This document shows, in pieces, positions 56,837-64,000 of a stretch of DNA of 64,000 nucleotides. The DNA lies in IMG/VR virus record IMGVR_UViG_3300037839_000499, positions 901 to 64,900 of that record; one strand, written 5' to 3'. The notes under the pieces are model-generated. The model worked only from the letters and a program-made list of their open reading frames with translations, searched no databases and was not told the DNA's origin. The translations under genes were made by a program, and so were the position numbers. Numbering within the stretch: the stretch's first letter is position 1; each line of letters begins with the position of its first letter. This DNA comes from a virus (lineage: Duplodnaviria > Caudoviricetes).

Positions 56837-57129
56837 GGGAGGGATCCAAGGTGGTTTGCGTAGATGCGGAGTTTCCGAGGGAAATCGTGAAGTTTTACAC
56901 CGACCTCCCAAAGAAGGATGGCGTTTATACCATACGGACTATTGAGGTTGGCGTGGACTTGTCGGGTCAGGCCGGCGAAGTGGCCGTGACCCTAACCGAA
57001 ATTGTGAACCCAGTCTCCAAAACGCCTCCACACCGAGAAAGAGGCTTCCGCCAGGATCGCTTCCGAGAGGTCGAGCCTCCGAAAGCCGACGCAGAGGAAG
57101 AGCGTCATCCAGTTGAGGAGCTGGCGTGA
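56833..57129 (+). CDS. Hypothetical protein
   Basis: GSKVVCVDA..YTIR..F...RFR. Confidence 0.6.
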   Translation: MREGSKVVCVDAEFPREIVKFYTDLPKKDGVYTIRTIEVGVDLSGQAGEVAVTLTEIVNPVSKTPPHRERGFRQDRFREVEPPKADAEEERHPVEELA

Positions 57130-57148
57130 GCGGACGGCCGTTGTTTAA
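57130..57148 (+). promoter_or_regulatory. Motif A copy
   Basis: GCGGAC ggccgtt GTTTAA gggt ATG(57153). Confidence 0.75.
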
Positions 57149-57152
57149 GGGT

Positions 57153-57428
57153 ATGAAAATAACATTAACAGAAAGTCCCTTAACAATCGCACGCGAAGCC
57201 AAGTGGCGCAAGCGATGCGACAAATGGAGTTGGAATCTCAACCTTGCCGAGATTGCCAAGGAGTTGATCGACGCAGGACTCGAGAACAACACGGCAGAGT
57301 TCAAGACTTTAGAGAAAGTCTTTAACGAATACTTCGGCGGTAAGGGTGGTATCGGTGTCGACAAGGACGGCATACCAGTGACCCCCACAATGGAAGCCAT
57401 CGGGTACATTCTTGAGAACTTCAAATAA
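57153..57428 (+). CDS. Hypothetical early protein
   Basis: Start set by motif A. Confidence 0.6.
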   Translation: MKITLTESPLTIAREAKWRKRCDKWSWNLNLAEIAKELIDAGLENNTAEFKTLEKVFNEYFGGKGGIGVDKDGIPVTPTMEAIGYILENFK

Positions 57429-57555
57429 AAAAGAGCAAAATGAAAAATAAAAACCGCACTAAAAAGCAATTCAAGCCTGACTGGAAGGAAATCAAGGGAA
57501 GGCCAGAAATGAAAAAACTGGCTAAAAATCTTCTCAAGATGGGCTGGGTGCTGAA

Positions 57556-57798
57556 ATGAGCGACAAAATGTCATTCTATTCGGATCCACATTCTGGTGAC
57601 TGGGGCTTCGATCATTTGGGTGTCCTCCACAAGGCGATCTGTGCCGACATCGTGAAGAACCCAGATGGAAGTTGCGAGGAGGAATACGGCCTCGTCTTTA
57701 AGTGCAGAGACGGAAAGATTCGCACCGCTTGGATTATGTGTGACCCAGAAGGCAACGGAGCGGGGCATCTCGACATCGTTGCGCAGGAGGCCAAATGA
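57556..57798 (+). CDS. Hypothetical early protein
   Basis: CDPEGNGAGHL; coupled to the next gene. Confidence 0.55.
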   Translation: MSDKMSFYSDPHSGDWGFDHLGVLHKAICADIVKNPDGSCEEEYGLVFKCRDGKIRTAWIMCDPEGNGAGHLDIVAQEAK

Positions 57799-57986
57799 CC
57801 AGTATTAAATTCGAAATCACTTGGGAAGATGTCAAGGATGTCGCAAGTCAGCGGAGGGATGAAGCCCTAACCAAGAAACAGGCTTGCGAATTGCTGGCAG
57901 ATATTGAGGACGGAGTGCGTGGCTGGTTTAACGAAACCAAGGGAGACGCAATCTGCGATTCGTCGGATTTTGTTGGAGGCAAATGA
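57795..57986 (+). CDS. Hypothetical early protein
   Basis: GGAGG RBS, ATGA coupling. Confidence 0.55.
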   Translation: MTSIKFEITWEDVKDVASQRRDEALTKKQACELLADIEDGVRGWFNETKGDAICDSSDFVGGK

Positions 57987-58213
57987 AATATCCATTCATC
58001 CTCATAATCGGACGGCTCTCAGACGAGGAAAACACGCTGGCCGTTTACCAAGACACCACATCAGAGATGGCTCGGAAAGCCTTCCACAAACAGCTTTGCG
58101 ACATCTGGGAAGATCGCTCGGCAAAAAAGGATCTCATCATTGAGGCCGTCATCGCCTCCAATGAGCCTCCAAATGTCTTGGATAGCGACACAATGATCAA
58201 AACAAGTTTCTAG
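57983..58213 (+). CDS. Hypothetical early protein
   Basis: GGAGG RBS, ATGA coupling. Confidence 0.55.
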   Translation: MKYPFILIIGRLSDEENTLAVYQDTTSEMARKAFHKQLCDIWEDRSAKKDLIIEAVIASNEPPNVLDSDTMIKTSF

Positions 58214-58252
58214 CGATATGCCTTGAATAACGACTTCTCTTATTAAAGAACG

Positions 58253-58271
58253 GCGGACTTGTTTTGTTGAA
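58253..58271 (+). promoter_or_regulatory. Motif A copy
   Basis: GCGGAC ttgtttt GTTGAA gggt ATG(58276). Confidence 0.75.
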
Positions 58272-58275
58272 GGGT

Positions 58276-58701
58276 ATGAAAACAAAAACATCTACCCAAA
58301 ACGAAAGAGGGCCAGACTTGTCTGAACGCCTTCTGGCCTTCACCTCTGGTATGATTGGATTGTCGGCCTCCCTCCCCACAGATCGGGCTGGTAGCCACTT
58401 GGCCGAGCAACTCCTCCGAACCTCCACCGCTGCTTACTTCCGCCACGGCGAAGCCGAGGGGTCTCCCTCCGCCAAGGACTTTACGGAAAAGTTCCGTGCG
58501 TGTCTGGTCGAATTGAGGACAGCTCGCCGAGCCTTGCAACTGCTGGACAAAACAAGCCTCCCTTGCGGCGGTTTGAATGGGGGTCGGTTAAGCCTCCCTT
58601 GCGATGGCCAAGCGGTTCGCACCCTGCTTGAAGATGTAGACCTCCTTATCCGCATTTTCTTCTCCTCCATCCGAACGCTTGAAGGGAGTGCAACGAAATG
58701 A
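58276..58701 (+). CDS. Four-helix-bundle protein (23S rRNA IVP/Avd-like family)
   Basis: DLSERLLAF..LP..QLLRTST..GEAEGSPSAKDF..K....L.EL. Confidence 0.75.
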   Translation: MKTKTSTQNERGPDLSERLLAFTSGMIGLSASLPTDRAGSHLAEQLLRTSTAAYFRHGEAEGSPSAKDFTEKFRACLVELRTARRALQLLDKTSLPCGGLNGGRLSLPCDGQAVRTLLEDVDLLIRIFFSSIRTLEGSATK

Positions 58702-58874
58702 GCGTGGTTCTTTTTCAAAGCTCAATCAAATGTTCCGACTGCGGGGAGGAGTTCACCCCCGAACAGATGCGGAAAGACGAGGTTCGCATCCACAAAATGC
58801 GGGACGGCCAACTCCTCTGTGAGTGCTGTCATGAGGATTACATGGAAAAGTTCTGTTCGTGCGAGGAGGACTAA

Positions 58875-59057
58875 ATGGAGAATAAAGCTACGAAACTATG
58901 GGATAAACTTGGGAACATCCCTACTGGTGACGATGATTGCATTGAGTTGCCGTTTGAGCATTTCAAAGCAGGAACACATCGTGAGGAGATTTGGCATTGG
59001 TTCGAGGCCACCTTCAAGGTTCGAGTGTATGACCTTCAAGGAAAATCGAGCGTATAA
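58875..59057 (+). CDS. Hypothetical early protein
   Basis: GAGGAGG RBS; F.AGTHREEIWHWFE. Confidence 0.6.
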   Translation: MENKATKLWDKLGNIPTGDDDCIELPFEHFKAGTHREEIWHWFEATFKVRVYDLQGKSSV

Positions 59058-59243
59058 ATGGACATCCGAACCGAGTACCGACAAAAGCCAATTCCCTGGC
59101 GTTGCTTTGATTGGGAAGCCTTCGACTACGACACCTTGGACGAAGATTCAAAAACTGGCTTTGGAGCAACCGAGGCGGAGGCCATTGAGTCCCTGCTCCT
59201 CCAAGTGGCGGATCTTGAAATTCAACTGGTGACAGCGGACTGA
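59058..59243 (+). CDS. Hypothetical early protein
   Basis: GFGATEAEAI. Confidence 0.55.
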   Translation: MDIRTEYRQKPIPWRCFDWEAFDYDTLDEDSKTGFGATEAEAIESLLLQVADLEIQLVTAD

Positions 59244-59253
59244 CGAAGTTAAA
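59235..59253 (+). promoter_or_regulatory. Motif A copy
   Basis: GCGGAC tgacgaa GTTAAA gggcata ATG(59261). Confidence 0.7.
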
Positions 59254-59260
59254 GGGCATA

Positions 59261-59491
59261 ATGAGTTCACACCGATGGATCGCCGAAGAAGTCGAAGACA
59301 ACGGAGAACGCAGTTTTGTGGTCTATGACCACGACAGAGAGGACTCCCCAGTATCCGACTTCCAAATGTATGACCGATACGAAACGATGGAAGAAGCGGT
59401 GAAGGCTTGCCAAGCCTACTACTGGGACTTCTACAAATGGAACAATCTCAAGCCCCTCCAACCGGCGGACGCTCAGGGTTTAAGGGTATGA
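59261..59491 (+). CDS. Hypothetical early protein
   Basis: Follows motif A. Confidence 0.55.
   Translation: MSSHRWIAEEVEDNGERSFVVYDHDREDSPVSDFQMYDRYETMEEAVKACQAYYWDFYKWNNLKPLQPADAQGLRV
59465..59483 (+). promoter_or_regulatory. Motif A copy
   Basis: GCGGAC gctcagg GTTTAA gggt ATG(59488). Confidence 0.75.
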
Positions 59492-59847
59492 GAAAATCCC
59501 ACAACTATCCCGCAAGAGAATGGTCTATGGCCACCATCCGAGGACTTTGCGATGATGTAGAGCGTCACACGGAATCAGTAGATCAAATGGATTTACTGGT
59601 TTCCGTCCTCGCTCACCTCGTCAAGGACTCACAACACCGAGCAACTCCCGACCAGAAATGGCGTTGGGAATATGAAATCCACGCACCCGACCTTTCTCTG
59701 TTGGCTGACACATTCCAACTCCTTGCCGACTATGCGGGAGAGTGCGATAGGCAAAAGACATTCGACTCGACCAAGGTTATGACAACGCTTGAAACCCTCC
59801 ACGATTGCCTAGCGAAGAAAACAATCAAAGCCGTGGGGAGGGCGTAA
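59488..59847 (+). CDS. Hypothetical early protein
   Basis: Start set by motif A. Confidence 0.55.
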   Translation: MRKSHNYPAREWSMATIRGLCDDVERHTESVDQMDLLVSVLAHLVKDSQHRATPDQKWRWEYEIHAPDLSLLADTFQLLADYAGECDRQKTFDSTKVMTTLETLHDCLAKKTIKAVGRA

Positions 59848-60095
59848 TGGGCTTTAGGGTAACATCCCCAGACGGCTTTGATCTTGAGATGGGCAAAACC
59901 TACAAGACAAAGGAACAAGCCAAGAAGGCATTTACTAAGTGGGTCAAGAGGTACGAGGCACAAGGACACTACACAACTGGACGATGGGAACGGATACCAT
60001 TGGCTGAGATAGCTGACCATTGCACGATTTATGATTGCCGTCGCCGACTGGCATCATCGTCGATAGCAGAGGCGGACAACCTAAGTTCAAGATAA
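59847..60095 (+). CDS. Hypothetical early protein
   Basis: GGGGAGG RBS; SPDGF..W..RY..QG.Y. Confidence 0.55.
   Translation: MGFRVTSPDGFDLEMGKTYKTKEQAKKAFTKWVKRYEAQGHYTTGRWERIPLAEIADHCTIYDCRRRLASSSIAEADNLSSR
60072..60090 (+). promoter_or_regulatory. Motif A copy
   Basis: GCGGAC aacctaa GTTCAA gataagattt ATG(60101). Confidence 0.65.
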
Positions 60096-60100
60096 GATTT

Positions 60101-60523
60101 ATGAAAACAAAAACACCAAGACTAAAGACGGAAACCCTTCCCGAAACCCAGTCCCCACTTCGCCTCCTCGCCAGTGCCTTGCATCACTTCGGGGTTGCGA
60201 ATATGGAAGCGGATTTCTCTGGAGCTGGCGACTCTGGCGAAATCAACGACATTCGCTTCTACAAGGTCGCTTCTGGCATAACATCTTCCGAGATTGATAG
60301 CAAAGACATCCCAGACAACCTCCACGAAGAGGCTCGTCAGATTGCCAACACGATCATCGCCAAGCTCTCTGGGGATTGGTGGAACAATGACGGCGGATAT
60401 GGCTCTGTCGAAGTGGACTTCGTGAACGGCAAGGTGAACCTTGAGGGCAACTACTACGAGATGCGTGTGGCCGACACCGAGACAATGGAAATGAACCTAG
60501 AGCTGGAAGGGAGGGATGAATGA
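60101..60523 (+). CDS. DUF6878-like protein
   Basis: FSGAGDSGEI..DWWNNDGGYGSV. Confidence 0.65.
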   Translation: MKTKTPRLKTETLPETQSPLRLLASALHHFGVANMEADFSGAGDSGEINDIRFYKVASGITSSEIDSKDIPDNLHEEARQIANTIIAKLSGDWWNNDGGYGSVEVDFVNGKVNLEGNYYEMRVADTETMEMNLELEGRDE

Positions 60524-60936
60524 ATCCCTATCACCACGCTCTCTCCTCCTCCAAGAAGTTCGGCGGCCTCCCCGAAGATTACCAGCCCATCCACGATTGG
60601 TTCGATGAGTCCAAGATGATGTACGCCAACTTCCGCCATCGTGCCTTACGGCATCACGCCGAGGGTTGCTATATGGCGGAGAGAATCTTCGGCCATACCA
60701 TCACCACCTCCAACGGCAAAAAGATTCCGACCAGATGGGTTGCCGAACAGCACATCTTGGAAGATATGGGCTTCATCCCTTCGATGCAGGATTGGCTCTC
60801 CAACATCTCTGCCCAAGAATGGATGAGGCCGAGGTTTGATAAGGCAGACCAACCCGCCACGCTCAAGACGACCAAGTTGGAGGTCAGTTTCAAGGATGAG
60901 TGGAGAAATAAGAACTGGCCGATGGCGGACGCATAA
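60520..60936 (+). CDS. DUF6915-like protein
   Basis: PYHHALSSSKKFGG..DY.PIHDWFDESK..HRALRHHAEG..EQHILED. Confidence 0.7.
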   Translation: MNPYHHALSSSKKFGGLPEDYQPIHDWFDESKMMYANFRHRALRHHAEGCYMAERIFGHTITTSNGKKIPTRWVAEQHILEDMGFIPSMQDWLSNISAQEWMRPRFDKADQPATLKTTKLEVSFKDEWRNKNWPMADA

Positions 60937-60943
60937 AGTTGAA
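60925..60943 (+). promoter_or_regulatory. Motif A copy
   Basis: GCGGAC gcataaa GTTGAA gtggt ATG(60949). Confidence 0.75.
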
Positions 60944-60948
60944 GTGGT

Positions 60949-61512
60949 ATGATCGACCTATCCAAAGTCCAATCGAAGGCCAACAAAACCAAGTCGGCCA
61001 AAACCGAGAAGCTATCCATCCCCGCCACCCCCGAACTGGTGGACTCCTTTGCCGAGGCCAAGGTATCCTATGCCTCTGCCGAAGGGGCGTTTGAGGTTGC
61101 CAAACAGCAACTCCTCGCCGAGGTGACTCTGCCGTGGTTCAAGACCATCGCCGACCTTGCCAATGCGAACCAAGAAGTGCCGTCCTCTGGGGTTCTGCTT
61201 GGAAACTCCAAGGTTTGCCGTTTGACGATGACCAAGCGGTATCCAGTTATCGAAACTGCTCCCAGCGGATTGGAGCAACACTTCCGCCAAGCGTTCACAT
61301 TCAAAATTGACGGCTCGAAGTTGCCTCCCGCTACTGCCCAAGAGTTCGTCAATCGTTTGACCGAGCTTCTGCCGTTGGCTGGCGAGGCCGTGGACATTAA
61401 AATCGGTGTTACTCCGACTCCCAGCTTCCACACCGAGCGAGCGAAACTCCTTACCCCAGATGGCAACATCGAGTTTCAGAGAATCTGCCCTGCCGTTATT
61501 TATGTCGCTTAA
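60949..61512 (+). CDS. Hypothetical early protein
   Basis: 187 aa ORF after motif A. Confidence 0.6.
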   Translation: MIDLSKVQSKANKTKSAKTEKLSIPATPELVDSFAEAKVSYASAEGAFEVAKQQLLAEVTLPWFKTIADLANANQEVPSSGVLLGNSKVCRLTMTKRYPVIETAPSGLEQHFRQAFTFKIDGSKLPPATAQEFVNRLTELLPLAGEAVDIKIGVTPTPSFHTERAKLLTPDGNIEFQRICPAVIYVA

Positions 61513-62128
61513 AACCGAAGCCGTGCCGTTGCAGTTCTACCCTGCACGGCCAACCAACTGGCCTAACTCTCGGAATGTTCTTCCCGCAAAAGGTTGGGCG
61601 TGTGAGCCAAAGATTAACGGCTGGCGAATCATCATAGACACCGAGCTTGGCCAAGTTTGGAACAGACACGGCAAAATCTTTTCTCACTCCGCCAAGGTTC
61701 TGGATATTCTTTCCCCGCTTCTTCTGACTTGGAACGCATCCCGCTTCTTGGATGGTGAGTTCCTCGGACTCCGCACCAAGTTCGGGAAAGATTCTGTCGT
61801 TCTGTTTGATTCAATGGACTTGAACGACTCGACTTCTTACGACATTCGCAAGACCCGCCTTATGGATGCAATCGGTGAGAATCCCTTGCAAATGTTTGAC
61901 TGGGTTAAGGGGCTGTCTCCAATCAGTTATTTGCCCGATTGCTCTGGCTCTCCAACCTCTGCCAACTCCAAATGGATGGAGGAGTTTAATAAAAAAGTGG
62001 GCGAGGATTTCTTTGAGGGTTGGGTTTTCAAAGATCGTGGGGCGTATCCGTGGCAACGCACCGCAACCGCTCACTCCGCTCAATGGATTAAAGACCGCTA
62101 CATCGTCCCAAGGGGTGACGGACTTTGA
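61502..62128 (+). CDS. ATP-dependent ligase-like nucleotidyltransferase (adenylation domain only)
   Basis: EPKINGWR (motif I), LDGEF (III), LFD (IIIa), EGWVFK (IV), WIK (V); ends before any OB domain. Confidence 0.75.
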   Translation: MSLKTEAVPLQFYPARPTNWPNSRNVLPAKGWACEPKINGWRIIIDTELGQVWNRHGKIFSHSAKVLDILSPLLLTWNASRFLDGEFLGLRTKFGKDSVVLFDSMDLNDSTSYDIRKTRLMDAIGENPLQMFDWVKGLSPISYLPDCSGSPTSANSKWMEEFNKKVGEDFFEGWVFKDRGAYPWQRTATAHSAQWIKDRYIVPRGDGL

Positions 62129-62136
62129 ATGTTTAA
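62118..62136 (+). promoter_or_regulatory. Motif A copy
   Basis: ACGGAC tttgaat GTTTAA tgat ATG(62141). Confidence 0.7.
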
Positions 62137-62140
62137 TGAT

Positions 62141-62383
62141 ATGACAACCACAACTCAAAGAAAAACATTCGCACGGCTTATATCTTCGCAAGCCGTCTCC
62201 GAATATCTAACCGAAGCGAAGCGGGTCAATTACAGAATCGCAAAAGACTCCGACTCTTTTGCGGTTTGGACTGATGAGTGCGAAAATCACCCTGCTGGCG
62301 AGTTGGTTTTCAAGGGACTCAAAAAAGACAGCAACACTTGGATTGTCGGTTTTAATACCGCCTACTGGCAGGAGGACAAATGA
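62141..62383 (+). CDS. Hypothetical early protein
   Basis: Start set by motif A. Confidence 0.55.
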   Translation: MTTTTQRKTFARLISSQAVSEYLTEAKRVNYRIAKDSDSFAVWTDECENHPAGELVFKGLKKDSNTWIVGFNTAYWQEDK

Positions 62384-62565
62384 ACCAGACAAACATTCAA
62401 AACGCCGTTGCTTTGGCATCCGAAAAAACCTCTGGGTTTGATGAACTTCGTCAAGCCGTTCTCCTTTTGGGAATGGAACTTAACAAGCTCCAAGGAATCA
62501 AGCAGATCGAGCAAGATCGGTTTGATTGGGAGATGGCCGAGTATTATGCCCAGATTGCGGACTAA
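62380..62565 (+). CDS. Hypothetical early protein
   Basis: GGAGGA RBS, ATGA coupling. Confidence 0.55.
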   Translation: MNQTNIQNAVALASEKTSGFDELRQAVLLLGMELNKLQGIKQIEQDRFDWEMAEYYAQIAD

Positions 62566-62575
62566 CTCTGTTTAA
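62557..62575 (+). promoter_or_regulatory. Motif A copy
   Basis: GCGGAC taactct GTTTAA cttt ATG(62580). Confidence 0.75.
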
Positions 62576-62579
62576 CTTT

Positions 62580-62960
62580 ATGACTACAACCATAGACCTA
62601 ATCCGACACACCGACCAGATACGAAACCTTAACGACTCCTTCCGCCGTGGTTTTCATTACGGCGATAAGCTGGGGCGAGTTGTTATGACAAGGGGAGTTC
62701 AGTTCTTAATTAAGGACAACATCCAGCGGGGGTTTGTACTCGATCAAGAATTGGTGGACAAGGTGCAATCCTTCGACTCCTTCGATGAGGCCAACGATCC
62801 GCACGGCGAACACGATTTCTTTGCCTTCGACTTCCGTGGCAAAAAGCTGTTTGCAAAGATCGACTACTACGACACCACCTACGAATTCGGCTCACCGAAT
62901 CCTGCCGACCCTTTGCAGACTCGCCGAGTTCTCACCATTATGCTCTCGGAGGAGTATTGA
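62580..62960 (+). CDS. DUF3768-family protein
   Basis: IRNLNDSFR..NDPHGEHDF..KIDYYD..PADP..TRRVLTIML.EEY. Confidence 0.85.
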   Translation: MTTTIDLIRHTDQIRNLNDSFRRGFHYGDKLGRVVMTRGVQFLIKDNIQRGFVLDQELVDKVQSFDSFDEANDPHGEHDFFAFDFRGKKLFAKIDYYDTTYEFGSPNPADPLQTRRVLTIMLSEEY

Positions 62961-63123
62961 AAATGGAGTTCGTTGCCTTGTTCGTTATCTTCAGCGTCTC
63001 CGTGCTTCTGATCTGGCTCGCAACTCGATGACCTACTTCGCTTAAACTTGCCAACACCCAGAAGGTAAATCAGCAAGTGTCATACGCTGGCTTGGCGTGA
63101 GCAATAAAACCAAGCCACTTTTT

Positions 63124-63142
63124 ACGGACGGCGGGAGTTGAA
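63124..63142 (+). promoter_or_regulatory. Motif A copy
   Basis: ACGGAC ggcggga GTTGAA tggt ATG(63147). Confidence 0.7.
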
Positions 63143-63146
63143 TGGT

Positions 63147-63524
63147 ATGACAACCTACAAATTGAATCCATACGCAGACATAAACGGCACTTCCAAAGTT
63201 GCCACACTCAACACAACCTTCGGCCAACTGCTGGCAGTTTTCGGGATGCCCGAAGAATCAGACGGCCACAAGTCCAGCGGAGATTGGCTTTTCAGTTCGG
63301 ACAATGGCGATGTTTTCACCATCTACGACTGGAAGGCCACGAATCTCTATGATTCCAGCTTGCCCAGCGTGGAGAAGTTCCGCAGTTCGCCCGACCTCGT
63401 TGCGTTTTCGGTGGGCGGTCAGAGTGATGCTTCCGAGTTTCTGTCTTGGGTATCGTTCAAGCTGAACGAAGAAGCCGAGCCAGTCCCAAGCATTACGGCC
63501 AGTTGGCGGACGCTTGCGGTTTAA
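63147..63524 (+). CDS. Hypothetical early protein
   Basis: GTS..L..FG.P..DG.K..W..FTIYDWK..VGG. Confidence 0.65.
   Translation: MTTYKLNPYADINGTSKVATLNTTFGQLLAVFGMPEESDGHKSSGDWLFSSDNGDVFTIYDWKATNLYDSSLPSVEKFRSSPDLVAFSVGGQSDASEFLSWVSFKLNEEAEPVPSITASWRTLAV
63506..63524 (+). promoter_or_regulatory. Motif A copy
   Basis: GCGGAC gcttgcg GTTTAA tggt ATG(63529). Confidence 0.75.
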
Positions 63525-63528
63525 TGGT

Positions 63529-63678
63529 ATGACAACACAAATGATTCAAGCCCAAATCGGAGGGGCAGAAGTCTCCGACACTCTCTATATGCTATTTGTA
63601 GCACCTTGGAAGTGCCAGATCAGCAGGGAGCAGATTGAGCAGATGGAGGCGGAGGAGTGCGAGCCGTTGGTGGACTAA
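63529..63678 (+). CDS. Small hypothetical early protein (49 aa, not in the ORF track)
   Basis: ATG directly after motif A; followed by coupled small ORFs 63679-63804 and 63801-63983. Confidence 0.5.
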   Translation: MTTQMIQAQIGGAEVSDTLYMLFVAPWKCQISREQIEQMEAEECEPLVD

Positions 63679-64000
63679 ATGAAAATCAACAAAATCAAAA
63701 CCGAAGCCTTGGAGAAATTGGAAGCCGAAGTGGGGCAGACTCAAAAGGACTCTGCTTACTTCCAGCACATCACCGAAGAACTCGAAAGGAGAGCCAGCAA
63801 ATGAAAGACCGCAGTTTTAGCGAAATGTTGCAAGCCAGAATTGACCAGATCAACCGCCGACAAGAGCGGAACAGAAAAGCCGTGATGGAAGCAGTTGCAA
63901 GGATTGAAACGGCCAAAGCGGTGGAGGCATCGAGCCAGAGCCATTGGCCAGCCATCCGATTGTCAGCCTTGTGTGCCAAGTAAAGAAAGGAGGAGCTTAT

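Larger units (their letters stand above)
1..64000. mobile_element. Temperate tailed bacteriophage genome (partial or near-complete), podovirus-like
   Basis: Terminase, portal, capsid, lysis genes, integrase and internal attP-like site; no host housekeeping genes; no tape measure or sheath recognised. Confidence 0.95.

Noticed and set aside
58276-58701. Diversity-generating retroelement (Avd-like gene)
   Set aside because: No reverse transcriptase and no TR/VR repeat pair seen in the window
55932-63531. Motif A as integron attC sites or CRISPR repeats
   Set aside because: Most copies do not fit GTTRRRY, I saw no inverse core or hairpin, and spacing is gene-sized and irregular; no cas operon or IntI-type gene recognised

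Overview
The whole window reads as most of one temperate, podovirus-like bacteriophage genome in its free (non-integrated) form. The + strand virion module contains tail-fibre-like genes, terminase large subunit, a 5648-aa polyvalent protein, portal, scaffold, N4-gp56-like major capsid, adaptors and a lysis cassette. A - strand block carries replication/recombination genes (RusA, Cas4-like nuclease, ERF). It is followed by an attP-like tRNA-Ser 3' fragment next to a tyrosine integrase, a small divergent switch region, and a run of short early-type genes. Four signals stand out. (1) The giant protein carries eight copies of [I/L]-x-A-Q-R-I at apparent domain boundaries, bracketing a helicase, a complete sigma70/ECF-like domain and a zincin protease; I infer a virion-delivered, possibly self-processing polyprotein. 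(2) Twelve copies of RCGGAC-N7-GTTNAA lie 4-10 nt before the ATG of early-type genes. (3) Four copies of GCGGCACASAGC-N10-GTTG lie 57-58 nt before starts, three of them in the virion module. (4) Three Ser/Gly/Asn-rich genes appear to split one small fold around very long alternating-Ser tracts. All family assignments are from motif recognition by eye; no database search was run, and motif scans were manual and may be incomplete.
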